Source of the DNA: the human T2T-CHM13v2.0 reference genome, Homo sapiens | Assembly (NCBI RefSeq): GCF_009914755.1 | Contig: NC_060943.1 | Direction: 5' to 3' (one strand) | Length of the DNA stretch: 64,000 nucleotides | Shown here: positions 37,341 to 60,027 of the stretch, piece after piece | Position numbering within the stretch: position 1 is the first letter of the stretch | Layout: each line of letters begins with the position of its first letter | Notes under the pieces: generated by a model | The model's input: the letters and a program-made list of their open reading frames with translations, nothing else | The model's database searches: none | What the model was told of the DNA's origin: nothing | Translations under genes and position numbers: made by a program

Positions 37341-38149
37341 AGGGTTCATCTATATTTGTGTTTTGTTTGTTTTTTTTTCTTTAGAGATGGAGTCTTGCTC
37401 TGTCTTCCAGACTGGTGTGCAGTGGTGCCATCTTGGCTCACTGCAGCCTATGTTTCCTAGGTTCAAGCAGTTCTCCTGCCTCAGCTTCCTGAGTAGCTGG
37501 GATTACAGGTGTGCGCCACCACGCCCAGCTAATTTTTTATTTTTGGTAGAGATGGGGTTTCGCCATGTTGACCAGGCTGGTCTCATGCTCCTGACCTCAG
37601 GTGATCTGCCTGCCTCGGCCTCCCAAAGTGCTGGGATTACAGGGGTGAGCACCTGTGCCCAGCCCATCCATATTTGATCATCAGTTTTGGCAAGGTAAAT
37701 TAAGTTGCAAAACCTGAAACTTTAAAGGAACAAACATAACACATTTGATTGTAGAAATGAGGGAAAAAGAGTGTGTGTGGGTATGTGTGTTTATGTACAT
37801 ATGTGTATATGTACAGTGGAAGATGCCATAAACAGATTTGTAAAAGTTAAAGGACAGGCTCCCCAGAGAAATAGCCAGTGTGCTCCATCCACATCAAGCC
37901 TGAGTGTGAGAGAGTTCTGGATAATGCTGTTACCTGGCTGTGACTTTGGAAGTGGAGACCATGATCTCTGCCTTCTCCCTCATATCATCTGTCTTAAGGT
38001 CACAGATAGCGCAGCCACTGCCAGGTTTCCACAAGCCAGTCACCTTTCAGGTGGAGAAGTAGCTTGCTATAGCAGCCAGTTTCTCGAGTTTGCGCGACAG
38101 TGCCACTGGAACAATGGCTCATTCATGTCAGATTTCCAGAGAGTTGGGC

Positions 38150-38600
38150 AGCACACTTGTGAGAATCCAGCTGTGAACAAGCCATTGCTGTCTTTAGGAG
38201 CTTATGTGCCAGGTGGTAAAGTGTACATATGCAAATAAAATGGTAAGATGATTGCAAGTTGTCATGAAGATAAGACAGCATTGTAGGGGTGAGGTGACCC
38301 TAGATTAGACAGGTTGGCTGCAGAAGGCTTCTCTGAGGGTGTAACACTTGTTTTGAGAGCTAAAGGATGAACGGGAGGAGCATCATGAGTAGGAGGGAGG
38401 CAGGAGCTTTCTGGATAGAGGCAGCAGCGTGTGTAAAGAGCTTGGGGCACTAGAAGAACTGGAAGATAAATGGTGTGACTGCAGAATGATGAGTGAGACT
38501 CAGGAGGCACGACATGAGGCTGGAGAGGTGGGCAGGGCTGTGCAGGTCTCAGTAAGGAGTTTGATTTTATTCAAAGTGCCAGGGACCATTGGATATAAAT
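38150..38600 (-). mobile_element. L2 fragment
   Basis: AGAAGGCTTCTCTGAGG...TGAGGCTGGAGAGGTGGGCAGGG...TAAGGAGTTTGATTTTATTC. Confidence 0.6.
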
Positions 38601-39397
38601 TCTTCATAAACTGCATGCAGAAGAGAGATTAAAAGGTTGGCAGAAAGGAATAAAAATGAAACTGGAGGACCAAGCTGGTAAAAATTGCCCCCAAGGGTCT
38701 ATCAGAATCCTAACTCACTTAGACCAATAAGATCAGTGGTTACTTATGAACAATACGTTTGAAAAGACCTATGAAAAAACACGTGAAATTTGGAGTTTCT
38801 CTGTCTCTCATGTTTCCTGTAAGTAATTCGCTAGATATAGAGACTCGATTAGATTTTGATTCAGTATTTTAGGCAAAAATATTTTTTGGGTGGTACTGTG
38901 TACTTCCTATTTTGTCACAATGATAGGCATATAATTATATGTTTAGTTCCCCACTTTAATGATGCTAAAATTAATTAGTGAGTTCAGGTGTTATGCCTGA
39001 TTCCTTTATCATAAACTTCTCCATCAAGTTTCACCAAATCATTTTAACAGTGATTAATAATCATTGGCTAGATACACTATTTCATTAGAGTTGCAAAATA
39101 ATAGTTTTCCTAGCATTTCTTCTTTATTTATTGGCTAATTTTCTTTGATTAAGCACTTTCCTAAATGGAGTATTCAAAAAAAAACTATATAAACAGGAAA
39201 AGCAGGATAAATGCTTGATTTCACCGCCCCCCCCACCCCCAGCAGTTTTCAGAACAATAGCTTGGTGCCTTAACACCTCCACAGAGAGATGACCAATGGA
39301 ATTTTTCTTAATATCATTATTGACTCACTTTTTTTATTGTGGTAGAATATGCATAACACAAAATTTACAGTTTTAACCATTTTTATTATACATTTCA

Positions 39398-39763
<366 letters not shown>

Positions 39764-40575
39764 TCAAAAAAAAAAAAAAAAAAAAAAGTCTTGCCTATTA
39801 AACAGTAACTCCCCATTTTCCCCTTCTCTCAGCTCCTGGGCACAACCTCTCTTCTACTTTTTGTCCCTAAAAATTTGACTATTTTAGGCACCCCATATAT
39901 ATGGAATCACACAGTATTTGTCCTTTAGTGTCTGGCATCTTAGCAGAGTATCTCCAAGGTTCATCCATGTTGGAGCATGTTATTAGAATTTCCTTCATTA
40001 ATTTTTTTTTTTTATTGACAGGGTCTCTGTCACCCAGGCTGGAGTGCAGTGGTGCAGTCAAGCTTACTGCAGCCTCAGATGCCTGGGTTCAAGTGATCCT
40101 CATGCCTCAGCCTCCCAAGTAGCTGGAACTACAAGTGTGCACCATAATGCCAAGCTAATTTTTAAATTTTTTGTAGAGACAGGGTCTCGCCATGTTGCCC
40201 AGGCTAGTCTCAAACTGGCCTCAAGCGATCTTCCTACCTCAGCCTCCCAAAGTGCTAGGATTACAGGCATGAGCCACTGCTTCCAGCCTTTCTTCCTTTT
40301 TAATACTAAATAATAGTCCATTGTATGGATATACCACATTTGTTTATCTATTCATCTTCCATGGACATTTGAATTGTTTCCACCTTTTGACTATTATGAA
40401 TAATGCTTCGGTGAACATGGGTGAAGAAATACCTGCTCACGTCCTTGCTTTCAGTTCTTTTGGGTAGATGCACAGAAGTGGATTTCCTGAATCACATGGT
40501 AATTCTATGTTTAATTTTTTAAGGAAGCACCATACTGTTTTCCACAGTGGCTGCACTATTTTATATTCCCACTAG

Positions 40576-40791
<216 letters not shown>

Positions 40792-40949
40792 TAGTAGAGA
40801 CGAGGTTTCTCCATGTTGCCCAGGCTGGCAGTGGCCAGCACTTATTTTCTGTGTTTTGTTTATTTTAATATTAGCCATCCTAATAGGGTATGAAGTGGTA
40901 TCTCACTGTGGTTTTGATTTGCATTTTCCAAGTTATATTATTCCCTAGT

Positions 40950-41636
<687 letters not shown>

Positions 41637-42547
41637 CTAGTGATTAGTGATGTTGAGCATCTTTTCATGTGCTTATTAGCTGTTCGCATATTTCTTGGGG
41701 CAAAAGTCTATTCAAGTCCTTTGCCCATTTAAAAATTGGATTTTTGTGTTTGAGTTGTAGGAGTTCTTTATATATTCTGGATATTAATTCCTTTTCCCAT
41801 ATGTGATTTATAAATATTTTCATCTATGGATTGCTTTTTGCTTGTAATGTCCTTTGATGCCTAAAAGTTTTGATTTTGAAGTCCAGTTTATCTGTTTTTT
41901 GTTGCCTGTGCTTTTCGTGTCCTATCCAAGAAATTATTGCTAAGTCTGAACTCAGTAATTTTTATATATTTAATGATTTTCACCCCTAAATGGTTATTCT
42001 TTTTGATGCTTAAGTTGTCCCATTATTGATCGTTAATGGCACTTATTTTTCGGGTTTTCTAGGTGCTTTTGACATGAGCCTAGTAGTGTTATATGAGTTC
42101 CCTGCTTTCTGGCTTTACAAGAAGTCCGGGGCTTATCGGAAAAATTTCTGATCCCAGATCCAGAATCAGCCATTTCTTTAACTAGTTCTGATTCTTTTTG
42201 GTGGGAAATGGTATTAAGGGCATTCATTACAATTAAGATGTAAATTCCAGTAGGTTTTTTTTTTTTTTTAGTAGAACTAGGAAATACATACTTTTTGGAA
42301 AGAAAAAGATACACCATGATTTCAGACTGATTTACTTCCAATTCAAATGAAGGATTAAAGGATTTTTATATCTTTGATTTTATATTTGTCTTTTCTCATT
42401 TGTTGACAGTAACACCAGAGGGGTCCAGTCAAAACACGATTTTATTGATTGACCGATTGATGGAGACCACCTCACTCTGTCGCCCAGGCTGGAGTATAGT
42501 GGCGCCATGTTGGCTCACTGCAGCCTCCACCACCTGGGCTCAAGTGA

Positions 42548-42847
<300 letters not shown>

Positions 42848-44789
42848 TGATCTGCCTGCCTCTGCCTCCCAAAGTGCTAGGATTACAGTCATGAGCCACT
42901 GCACCTGGCCAATTTTGTTTGTGTGTTATAGAGATGGGGTCTCACTGTGTTGCCCAGGCTGGTCTTGAACTCTAAAGCATTCCTCCTGCTTTGGCCTCCC
43001 AAAATGATGGGATTACAGATGTGAAGCACTACACCTGGCCGAAACACAATTTTAAACTTGAAATAATTCTTCTCTGTGTGGCTGTGCCACTAATTTGGTA
43101 AATAATATAGATTCATTTGTCTTTTGTTTCATTTTTAGGGATATTTTTCTTTTTTATATTTGCTTTTTGCTTATATATTTACGTAGTTCTAAAGATAAAA
43201 CCATAAGTAAGATAGATTGAAAGAAGTCTGGCTTTCCTCCTTGTCTTTGTTCTTCTCTATACGTTGTAGGTAAACATCTTTGTTGGTTTTTGGTTTATTC
43301 TCCCATGGCTTATTTTAAAAGCTACAAGCGTGTGTGTCTGTGTGTTTCTGTATTCCCTATACCTTACTTCATTCCCATTTTATTTCTTCTCGTTTTTATC
43401 TTGGCAATCATATTTCTTATTTCCAAGAATTCATTGTTGATTTCTACTTCCTTTATGATTTGTTTGCTTTTGGTTTTTTTTTCTCCCCCCGAGACGGAGT
43501 CTTGCTCTGTTGCCTAGAGCTGGAATGCAATAGTGCGATCTCGGCTCACTGCAACCTCCGCCTCCTGGGTTCAAGCAATTCTCCTGCCTTGGCCTCCTGA
43601 GTAGCTGGGATTACAGGCGCACGCCACCACACCAGGCTAATTTTTGTATTTTTAGTAGAGACGGGGTTTCACCATGCTGGCCAGGCTGGTCTTGAACTCC
43701 TGACCTTGTGATCTGCCTGCCTTGGCCTCCCAAAGTGCTCGGATTACAGGCGTGAGCCACCGTGCCCAGCCCTGCTTTTAAGGATGCACTATCTTTCCAA
43801 CACTGTCTGAGGAATACCAGTCAGAATTTCTTTTCAGGTGTTTTTTCTGGGACCTAAAATATGTATTTCTTCTGAGGTCTGATCACCTTTTCATCTTAGT
43901 TGTCCTTTTTTGTCCTTTTGGTTTTCCTTCACTGTCTGGTGATCCTTATCAATGAAGAACTGGGTTGTTCATATAGGTAATTTGCAGGAGGTCCCTCTGT
44001 TTTTCAATAGTCCTCTTGCCTTAGTGAGAGTTGGCTGATTGAGGAATGGGAAGTACAGATGAAATCAGGTTGATTAACTGGTTTCCCACTCCTGATTTCT
44101 CTACCTGCTGATTCAAAGCTGGGCATTTATCCAGCTCCTCCAGGAAAAAGGGCTCTGCCTCTCTGTTCTCTTTTGGCCCTGCATGTTGTAAAAAGTGGCC
44201 AGCTTTGCTCTGGTCTGTCTTGTAATATAGTTTCCTCTGCTTTCTCTCCATCCTCTAGAAGATGGCCTGCAGTTAAATAGACTGTGGCCCTCAGACCTTC
44301 TCATTACTGTTTTGCTGAGATTCCCTTGTGAATGTCTTTATTGTTATGTCACTGGGATTTGGGGAGGATGGAGAGGTAAGTGCACTTGCCTGTTTAGCCT
44401 GTCGTTTTGAAATGAAACTCCTTTTGTCATCCCATTTCTGACAGTAGGACTGCTTGCCACTCTCTTTTCTCTGTTGGTTTAAGGACTGAAGTGGATCTAA
44501 AATTATTCTCTGTATTCACAAATCATAGCTATCAATCTTTAGTCAGATGGGAAAACTTAATTAATTAATTCAGGGACTAAATTTCTCTTTATAGCTGCAT
44601 AGTCCATGTAAGTAGAAGTTAGTTATCAATGAAGTGTGTGATGCTTCCTGCCCTGCGATTGGTAGATTTCTATTTGGTTCAAGGATTGGGTAACTTTTCA
44701 AGACCTTTCCTGTTTGTCAGTGACTTTTTTCCAGAGAAGCAGAAATAACAAGGCCTGCTTCCTTTGCTTGCTTTGTGGGAATGATAATA

Positions 44790-45000
44790 TCATCATCATC
44801 AAACATTTAGTGCTTAATATGTGCCAGACATCATTCTAAGTGCTTTATATGTATAAACCCATTTAACTCAATAACAGTGGTTACTATTATCCTTATTTTA
44901 TAGATGATGAGACAGGCAGAGAGAGGTTAAGGAACTTGCTCAAGGTCAAGCTGATCCTGACAGCCAAGATCTCACCCTATTAGTCAGACGCCCAGGGCCA
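44790..45000 (-). mobile_element. MIR
   Basis: CCTTATTTTATAGATGATGAGACAGGCAGAGAGAGGTTAAGGAACTTGCTCAAGGTCA. Confidence 0.7.
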
Positions 45001-45035
45001 TTCTCTTCTTCACTTCAATCGTCTTATCTTTCTAA

Positions 45036-45387
<352 letters not shown>

Positions 45388-45470
45388 TGATCCGCCCGCC
45401 TCAGCCTCCCAAAGTGCTGGAAGTGCTGGGATTACAGGCCCGGCTTTCTTTTTTTTTTTTTTTTTTTTGA

Positions 45471-45779
<309 letters not shown>

Positions 45780-46136
45780 TAGAAATCGCTGATGACTCTA
45801 ATTGTAGAAATGAATATTTTAAATGATATAATTATGGCTGAATTCAGTTTTAATCTGTGGAGAACCTTTGCAAATTATGTTGAAAAGATGTTACTTAAAA
45901 TGTTCTTTTCTGCTATGTATTTGATTTTTTAAGTAGCATTAAAACTTAAGAGTACATGACAAATCTCACAAGTCTTGGCTACACTAACTTCTGAGGTCTT
46001 TCACAATGCGTATTTATTTCCATGCAGCATGAATAGTGGATTCATAAATGGTGAATGTTTTCCCAGTGAAAATTCTTTTTAAGAAAATACGGAAAAGAAA
46101 TGTCCTTAAATGGTTTGAACATATTTTAGCCTGTCA

Positions 46137-46418
<282 letters not shown>

Positions 46419-46676
46419 TCATGTGTGTGTGTGTGTCTGTGTGTGCATTTTCAACATTTTGTTTCAGAAATGTTCAATCATATACAACATTGGAGCAAGT
46501 GATATGATGCACCTCATGTACCCATCACCTAACTTCCAACAGTATTTTGTCAGGGGATATTATGATCACTGCCATGAAGACAAATGCTTAGGTAGGTATT
46601 ACCACCTTCTCTGTACATTGTTTCTTGGCAAAATGTCATTTGAAAATGATAGAACTCGGGCAGGCATGATGGCTCA

Positions 46677-46979
<303 letters not shown>

Positions 46980-47280
46980 TCAGTTCCATGACCTTTTTTT
47001 TTTGTTTGTTTCATCGTGTTAGCTAGGATGGTCTCGATCTCTTGACCTTGTGATCCAGCTGCCTCGGCCTCCCAAAGTGCTGGGATTATAGGCGTGAGCC
47101 ACTGTGACCAGCCAGTTCCATGACATTTTAAAAAAATTCAACACTATCTAGTTTTGATTACAACAAAGATCTGCACAGGAACACCAGATCTGTTAAGAAT
47201 TAGCGAAAACTAGTTTACATGTTTTGAATGTTTTTTCTCTCTGCTTGGGTAGGAACCCCAGGCGTGACTGTGATACTTGA

Positions 47281-47742
<462 letters not shown>

Positions 47743-48234
47743 TAGCCAGGATGGTCTCGATCTCCTGACCTCTTGATCTGTCCACTTTGGCCTCCCAAAG
47801 TGCTGGGATTACAGGTGTGAGCCACCGTGCCCAGCCAACCTTTCTGTATTCTTTTTTTTTTTTTTTGAGACGGAGTCTGGCTCTGTCGCCCAGGCTGGAG
47901 TGCAGTGGCGCCGGGATCACGCCATTCTCCTGCCTCAGCCTTCCCAGTAGCTGGGACTACAGGCGCCCGCTACCACGCCGGGCTAATGTTCTGTATTTTT
48001 AGTAGGGATGGGGTTTCATCGTGTTAGCCAGGATGGTCTCGATCTCCTGACCTCGTGATCCGCCCGCCTCGGCCTCCCAAAGTGCTGGGATTACAGGCGT
48101 GAGCCACCATGTCCGGCCTTTGTGTATTCTTGAATACACAGGAATATTGGTGAGAATCCCTGAGTTGCACTACAGTCGGCATCATCAGGCGTCCTCATTC
48201 TTGTGGCTGTCAGCAGATTTTCAGTGGACCCCCA

Positions 48235-48612
<378 letters not shown>

Positions 48613-48914
48613 TGGTTTTCACTGGCTGCTACTAGGTTTTTTTGTTGTTGTTTGTTTAGAGACAAGATCTCACTATTTTGCCCAGACTGGACTCGAAGTC
48701 CTGGACTCAAGTGACCCTCCTGCTTTGGCCTCCCAAAGTGCTGGGACTGCAGATGGGCACCACTGTGTCCAGCCCTCATCCTAGTTTTACTAAGGTTGGT
48801 AGGTGGTGAAAAAAATTGCTAAAAATGTTTTCATCCTTTAACATGCTCAGTGAGTGTTATGACAACCCCACATAGACTTTTACTGCCTACAGACAGATTT
48901 ACTGTCACAGAGGT

Positions 48915-49259
48915 TGTCTTAGTTCAGGCTGCTTTGACAAAGTACTATAGACTGGGTAGCTTATAAACAACAGAAGCTTATTTCTCACAGTTCCAAAGTC
49001 TGGAGGTTTAAGATCAGGGTGCCAGCACTGTCAGGTTCTCATGAGAACCCTCTTTCGGGATGCAGACTGCTGACTTACCATGTTCTCATATGGCAGAAAG
49101 AGAGTGAACTGGCCTCTTTTTATAAGGGCACTAATCTCATTTATGATGGCTGCACCCTCATGACCTAAATACCTTCCAAAGGCCCTACCTCCAGATACCA
49201 TCACAATGGGAATTAGATTTCAACATATGCATTTTTGGGGAAACATTCAGTCCGTAACA
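48915..49259 (-). mobile_element. MLT1A-like (ERVL-MaLR) solo LTR
   Basis: TGTCTTAGTTCAGGCTGCT...TTATAAACAACAGAAGCTTATTTCTCACAGTTC...ACATTCAGTCCGTAACA; TG/CA ends and imperfect (G/C)AGGT TSD. Confidence 0.78.
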
Positions 49260-49859
49260 CAGGTGCACCCTTAGTTGTGGGCAATTCAGTTCTGATGCTG
49301 TGGTCTGATGACCACACCCTGACAACATAGGTGCATAGTGGGTAGTATGATTGCAAAGGATCTCGTGTTTTTCTCTGTGGTTCCACTAAATTCTTTAGTC
49401 CAAGCCTTAGGCCTCCCCTGCTTGGTCACCTGTTGGACCAACACTAGGTACAGGAAGTGCAGGAAGCTCAGTTTACAAAAAGTCATCTGGTGCTTCCAGC
49501 TGTATGTAGCTTCCTCTGAAAGAAAAGGAAGCGTGGGGAGTGTAGAAAGCAGTTAGTTCTTCACCTGAGGCTGCAGTTCCAAAACTGAATGGAAACTGTG
49601 GTGTTTGGGAAGTGTGTTTGACTAAAGTTTCCTTTCCTCAATTTCTCAAAGGAAACTGTGACTCTTCCCCCACCATCTTCCACCCCTTCAGTTTCCATAC
49701 ATACAAGAAAGAATGATGTCCTGGAGCAACCTCTGGAGAACAACTGTGGGGCCTCCCCATTACAAAACAGCCTCCCCTGTGTGCAATCAGAATTGCTTTC
49801 GTCTGGGCAGAACCATACAACACACAGCTGGGCTGTGTGGAGAGCTGTGGCCGACTGTA

Positions 49860-51120
<1,261 letters not shown>

Positions 51121-51310
51121 TCTGCCAGTTTGAAGTTCTGAGAGTCAAGATACCTGAGTTTGATTCTGAGACTACATGTGGTCTAGTGCAAGACCTTTAA
51201 TGTCCTGAATCCCCTTTTTAATATATAAATTGAAGGGTTTAAGTTAGATGATCATGAAGGGCCTTTTTGGCACTTAACATTCACAGATGCTGGATGGCAG
51301 CACTCAAATG

Positions 51311-52590
<1,280 letters not shown>

Positions 52591-52734
52591 GCACACTTTT
52601 CTGATTGATGTACAAAAAGGAGACTAAGTCTGGCACTAAAGTCATCCCTGGAAAACTTATTTATTATTATTAGTTTTTGCTATTAAATGAGAAGTTAGTT
52701 ATGTGAAGAAAGTGACAAAGATGAAGTAATACTT

Positions 52735-54400
52735 TTTTAAAAATTAGTTTTATTGAGATATAATTAACATAATTAGTTTATTTGGCTCATGGTTCTGGGA
52801 AGTCCAAGGTCATGGCATTGGCATCTGGTGAGGGCCTTCTTACTGCATCACCCCAAGGCGAAAGGTGGAAGGACAGGAGAGCTCAAGAGAGCAAGAGATG
52901 GTTGAACTTCTGTAACAGATTCACTCTCACAATAAATTAAACCACTCCTGTGATAATGCCATTAATCTATTCAGGAGGACAAGAGCCTTCATGACCTAAT
53001 CATCTCTTACAGGTCTCACGTCTATACACTATTGCACTGGGGATTAAGTTTCCAATACAAGAACTTTGGATGACATTTCAAGCCATAGCAACCACTATTT
53101 AACTTCAGAACATTTTCATCACTCCCCAGAAAAGCTGTACACATTAGCAAGGACTCCTCATTCCATAAATCTACTTTTTTTTTTTTTTTTGAGACAGAGT
53201 CTCACTCTCTCGCCCAGGCTGGAGTACAGTGGCACCATCTTGGCTCACTGCACCCTTCACCTCCAGGTTCAAGTGATTCTTCTGCCTCAGCCTCCTAAAT
53301 AGCTGGGATTACAGGCATGTGCCACCATACCTGGCTAATTTTTTTTGTATTTTTAGTAGAGACGGGGTTTTACCATGTTGGCCAGGCTGGTCTCAAATGC
53401 CTGGCCTCAAGTGATCTGCCCCCCTTGGCCTCCCAAAGTGTTGGGATTACAGGCGTGAGCCACCGCACCCGCCCAGATCTACTTTTTTATCTGTGTAGAT
53501 TGCCTATTCTAGACATTTCATATCAGTAGACTCATACAATAGGAGTCTCCTTGTCTGGCTTCTTTCACTTAGCACAGTGTTTTTAAGGTTCATCCATATT
53601 GTAGCATTTATCAGAACCTCATTCCTTTTTATAGTTGAATAAATAATCCATTATATGTCTGTACTACATTTGTTTATTCATTTGTCAGTTGATAAGCAAT
53701 TGGGTCGTTACTACTTTTGACTATTATGAATAATGCTGCTATGAACATTTGTGTGCAGGTTTTTGTTTGGACATATTTCTTCGTTTCTCTTGGGTATATA
53801 CATAGGAATGAAATTGCTGGGTTATGTGGTAACACTATATTTAGCATTTTGAGGACCTGCCAAACTGTTCCATAGTAGCTATCCCATTTTACTTTATTTA
53901 TTTTTTGAGACAGCGTCTCACTCTGTTACCCAGGCTGGAGCACAGTGGCACGATTTCGGCTCATTGCAACCTCTGCCTCCTGGTTCAACCAATTCTCCTG
54001 CCTCAGCCTCCTGAATAGTTGGGATTACAGGCATGTGCCACCACACCCAGCTAAATTTTTTTTTTTTTTTGAGTCTCGCTCCATCACCCAGGGTGGAATG
54101 CAGTGGCGTGATCTCGGCTCACTGCAAGGCTCCGCCTTCCGGGTTCATGCCATTCTCCTGCCTCAGCCTCCCAAGTCACCCAGCTAATTTTTGTATTTTT
54201 TAGTAGAAACAGGGTTTTGCCATGTTGCCAGGCTGGTTTCTGACCCCTGACCTCAAATGATCCTCCCGCCTCTGCCTCCCAAAGTGCTGGGATTACAGTC
54301 ATGAGCTACTGAATTCGGCCCATTTTACAATCCTATATGCAATGTATGAGTGTTTTGATGTTTCCACATCTTCATCAATACTTGTTACTGTCTTTCTTAC
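52735..54400 (-). mobile_element. Old L1M 3' region fragmented by an LTR and Alus
   Basis: TTTTATTGAGATATAATT...TTTCACTTAGCACAGTGTTTTTAAGGTTCATCCAT...GAAATTGCTGGGTTATGTGGTAAC. Confidence 0.72.
52775..53090 (-). mobile_element. MST-type LTR fragment within an L1M
   Basis: TTTATTTGGCTCATGGTTCTGG...GCATCTGGTGAGGGCCTTCTT...GGATTAAGTTTCCAA...AAGCCATAGCA. Confidence 0.7.
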
Positions 54401-54990
54401 TGAAGTAATCAGTTTTGATAAAGCAGCCATATGGCAAACTAAACAGTGAAGAGATTTTTACATGCATATTAGCTTAAGTTTCTCTCTAAACAGTTGTAGT
54501 GTGTATTGGCGTATTTATAAAAATTTGCACTGTGAGCTTAGCACTAAAGTAAATGTTAATGACTAATAACATAATTCTTCAACTTGTTTAGCTTTTGGAA
54601 AATTTTTCATTTCAAAAATGAAGCACTCTTGAAGGGAAAAAAAGGAGTAAATAAAAAATGAGTTGTTTGATCCTCTCTCTCTTGATTCACCAGATGTAAT
54701 TGTTCTCTTGGAGCATTTTTTTTTTTTTAAAGACAGATTCTCTGTTTTCCAGGCTGGAGTGCAGTGGTGTGATCATGGTTCACTGCAGCCTCAACTTTTC
54801 AGGCTCAAGTGATCCTCCCACCTTAGCCTCCCGAGTAGCTGGGACCACAGGTGCACACCATCATGCCCGGTTAATTTTTGTATGTTTTTGTAGAGACAGG
54901 GTTTCGCCATGTTGTCCAGGCTGGTTGAACTTCTGGGCTCAAGTGATCTGCCTGCTTTGGCCTCCCAAAGTGCTAGGATTACAGGTATGA

Positions 54991-55446
<456 letters not shown>

Positions 55447-56737
55447 TAGGCTTGAGTAGGCTGAGCATGGTGGCTCACACCTATAATCCCAACACTTTTA
55501 GAGGCCAAGGTAGGAAGATGGCTTGGGGTCACGAGTTCAAGGCCAGCGTGGACAACATAGTGAGACCCTGTCTCTACAAAAAAAAAAAAAGAAAATTAGG
55601 TGGGCATGGTGGTGCATGCCTGAGGTCCTGGCCCCTGAGGAGGCTGAGGTGGAGGATTGCTTGAGCCCAGAAGGTCAAGGCTGCAATGAGCCATGATTGT
55701 ATGACTATACTCCAGTTTGGGTGACAGAGAGAGACCCCATCTCTAAAAGCAAAAAAAAAAAGTGAAATAAAATAAAAAATCGTTGCTATCTTTTATTAAT
55801 ATTCTGTTTTGGGAGACATTATTCTTATATTTTCCTCACACTTTTTAAATGTGGTTTCTTTTAGTTCTTTGAACATACTTAAATTGACTTAAACTCTTGT
55901 CTGTTAAGTCCAATATCTGGGCTTCCCTTGGGAAGAGTTTTCTATTGTTGTTTTTTCCCTTTATATGGGCTATATTCTTTTGTTTCTTTGCATATCTTCC
56001 AATTTTTTGTTGAAAACTGGACATTTTATTTTATTATTATTTTCAGACAGAGTCTCTCTCTGTCGCCCAGGCTGGAGTACAGTGGTGTGATCCAAGCAAT
56101 TCTCATGCCTCAACTGCCTGAGTAGCTGGGACTATGGGTGGGCAGCAACACACCTGGCTAATTTTTTTTGTATTCTTAGTAGAGACAGGGTTTCACCATG
56201 TTGGCCAAGCTGGCCTTGAACCCCTGACCTCAGGTGATTTGCCCACCTCGGCCTCCCAAAGCACTGGGATTACAGGCTTGAGCCACTGTGGCCAGCCAAC
56301 TGGACATTTTTAATGACATAATGTGGCAACTCTGAAAATCAGATTCTCCTCCCTCTCCAGATGAGCTCTAAGTCAGGTAAAATACAGAGATATTTGCAAA
56401 TGGGGTATTTTGGGGAACCACCAGACAGGTTAAATAATGCCAATTTCCTGGGAATGGTACTTTGAAGGAGCTGTAGCCCAGTTCTGCTTCCTCTGGTAAC
56501 TGCCAGTCTTCTGGTCTTCAATGTGGATGCAGCTGGTAGTTTTCAAGGCTGTTATGGAGCTGGAGAGCTAGGAATGGGACTCAGTCAAGTTAAAATGCTA
56601 CAAAACTCACTGTTCTTACCAGGATTCAGCTATTTATCTTTGATAAATTATCCCCAGTTTGCTAAAAGCCTATTTCCAGAGTTCTGAAAAAGGTGATTCT
56701 ATTATTTTGCCAATTTTTCATTGTTTTTATGTAGTAG

Positions 56738-57022
<285 letters not shown>

Positions 57023-57149
57023 TAAATTTTTGTAGAGATGGGGTCTTGCTCTGTTGTTCAGACTAGTCTCAAATTCCTGGCCTCAAGCGATCCTCTTGTC
57101 TCAGCCTTTCAAAGTGCTGGGATTACAGGCTTGAGCCACTACACCCAGC

Positions 57150-58682
<1,533 letters not shown>

Positions 58683-59925
58683 TTATAAGTTTCATTTAGA
58701 GAAAGTTTGGAAGTATGTAAAGTGAAAAAGAGTTTAATGTTTGTGGTTTTTTAATTAGGTAAGCATATAGGTCTCACTTGGTCTTCCAGATCTGTCAAAG
58801 GAATGGGGGCAGGCTCTCCTAGAGCCAGAGGCAGCCGCGGTAGAGGAACTAGGAAGCTGGTGCACCACTGAACAAAGATAGAGTGTTTCTCAGGGCTGCA
58901 TAAGACACTCACTGTGGCCAACTCAGGTGAAGGTTTTCCTTCAGAGGCCACAGAGTCTCCACGGGAACAGCCTGCCCCGCTTCAGCATTCCTGTAGAGTG
59001 CTTCTGTTGTATATCAGAATCTATAAATTGTGGAGCACTCGGGTGGGGATAGATGTGATTGCCTTATTTGTCATGAATTTGAAAAAAGAAAACATTTTGG
59101 AACACATTTTTTACAAGTAGCCATTTGATATTTGTTTCTTGAAAAGTTTATGAGATTTTTTTTAAAGAGCTCAAATTTTGTTGAACATAGAGCCATAAAT
59201 AATGGTTGTTTTATTGACTTTATATGTTATGTGTTTGTATCCACAGTGTCCTTCTCATCTCTTGCCTTTGTAACCTACCTAATTCCTGTGTTGCCAACAC
59301 AATCATAGAAATACAAAGGAATTATGGTAATTGGCCATAAGTGACGAAGTATGAGTTACATTTAATTATATATTCAAAAAAGGAAAATAGAAAACCTGGT
59401 TATCAATAAGTAGACGAAACTATATACCACCATTACATAGGTTGCAGTTGAATATGTGGTCAAGCACGGTGGCTCATGCCTGTAATCTCAGCATTTTGGG
59501 CTGAGGCGGGAGGATCACTTGAGCTCAGGAGTTTGAGACCAGCCTGGGCAACATGGCGAAACCTCGTCTCTACAAAAAATACAAAAATTAACCAAGCATG
59601 GTGGTACATCTGTAGTCCCAGCTGCTCCGGAGACTGAGGCAGGAGGATTGCTTGGGCCTAGGAGTTCGAGGCTGTAGTAAGCCAAGGTCATGCCACTGCA
59701 CTCTAGCCTGGGTAACAGAGTGAGACTCTGTCTCAAAAAAAAAAAAAAAGTTGGCCAGGCGCAGTGGCTCAGGCCTGTAATCCCAGCACTTTGGGAGGCC
59801 GAGACGGGTGGATCACCTGAGGTCAGGAGTTCGAGACCAGCCTGGCCAGCATGGTGAAACCCCATCTCTACTAAAAGTACAAAAATTAGCCAGGCATGGT
59901 GGGCGCTTGTAATCCCAGCTACTCA

Positions 59926-60027
<102 letters not shown>
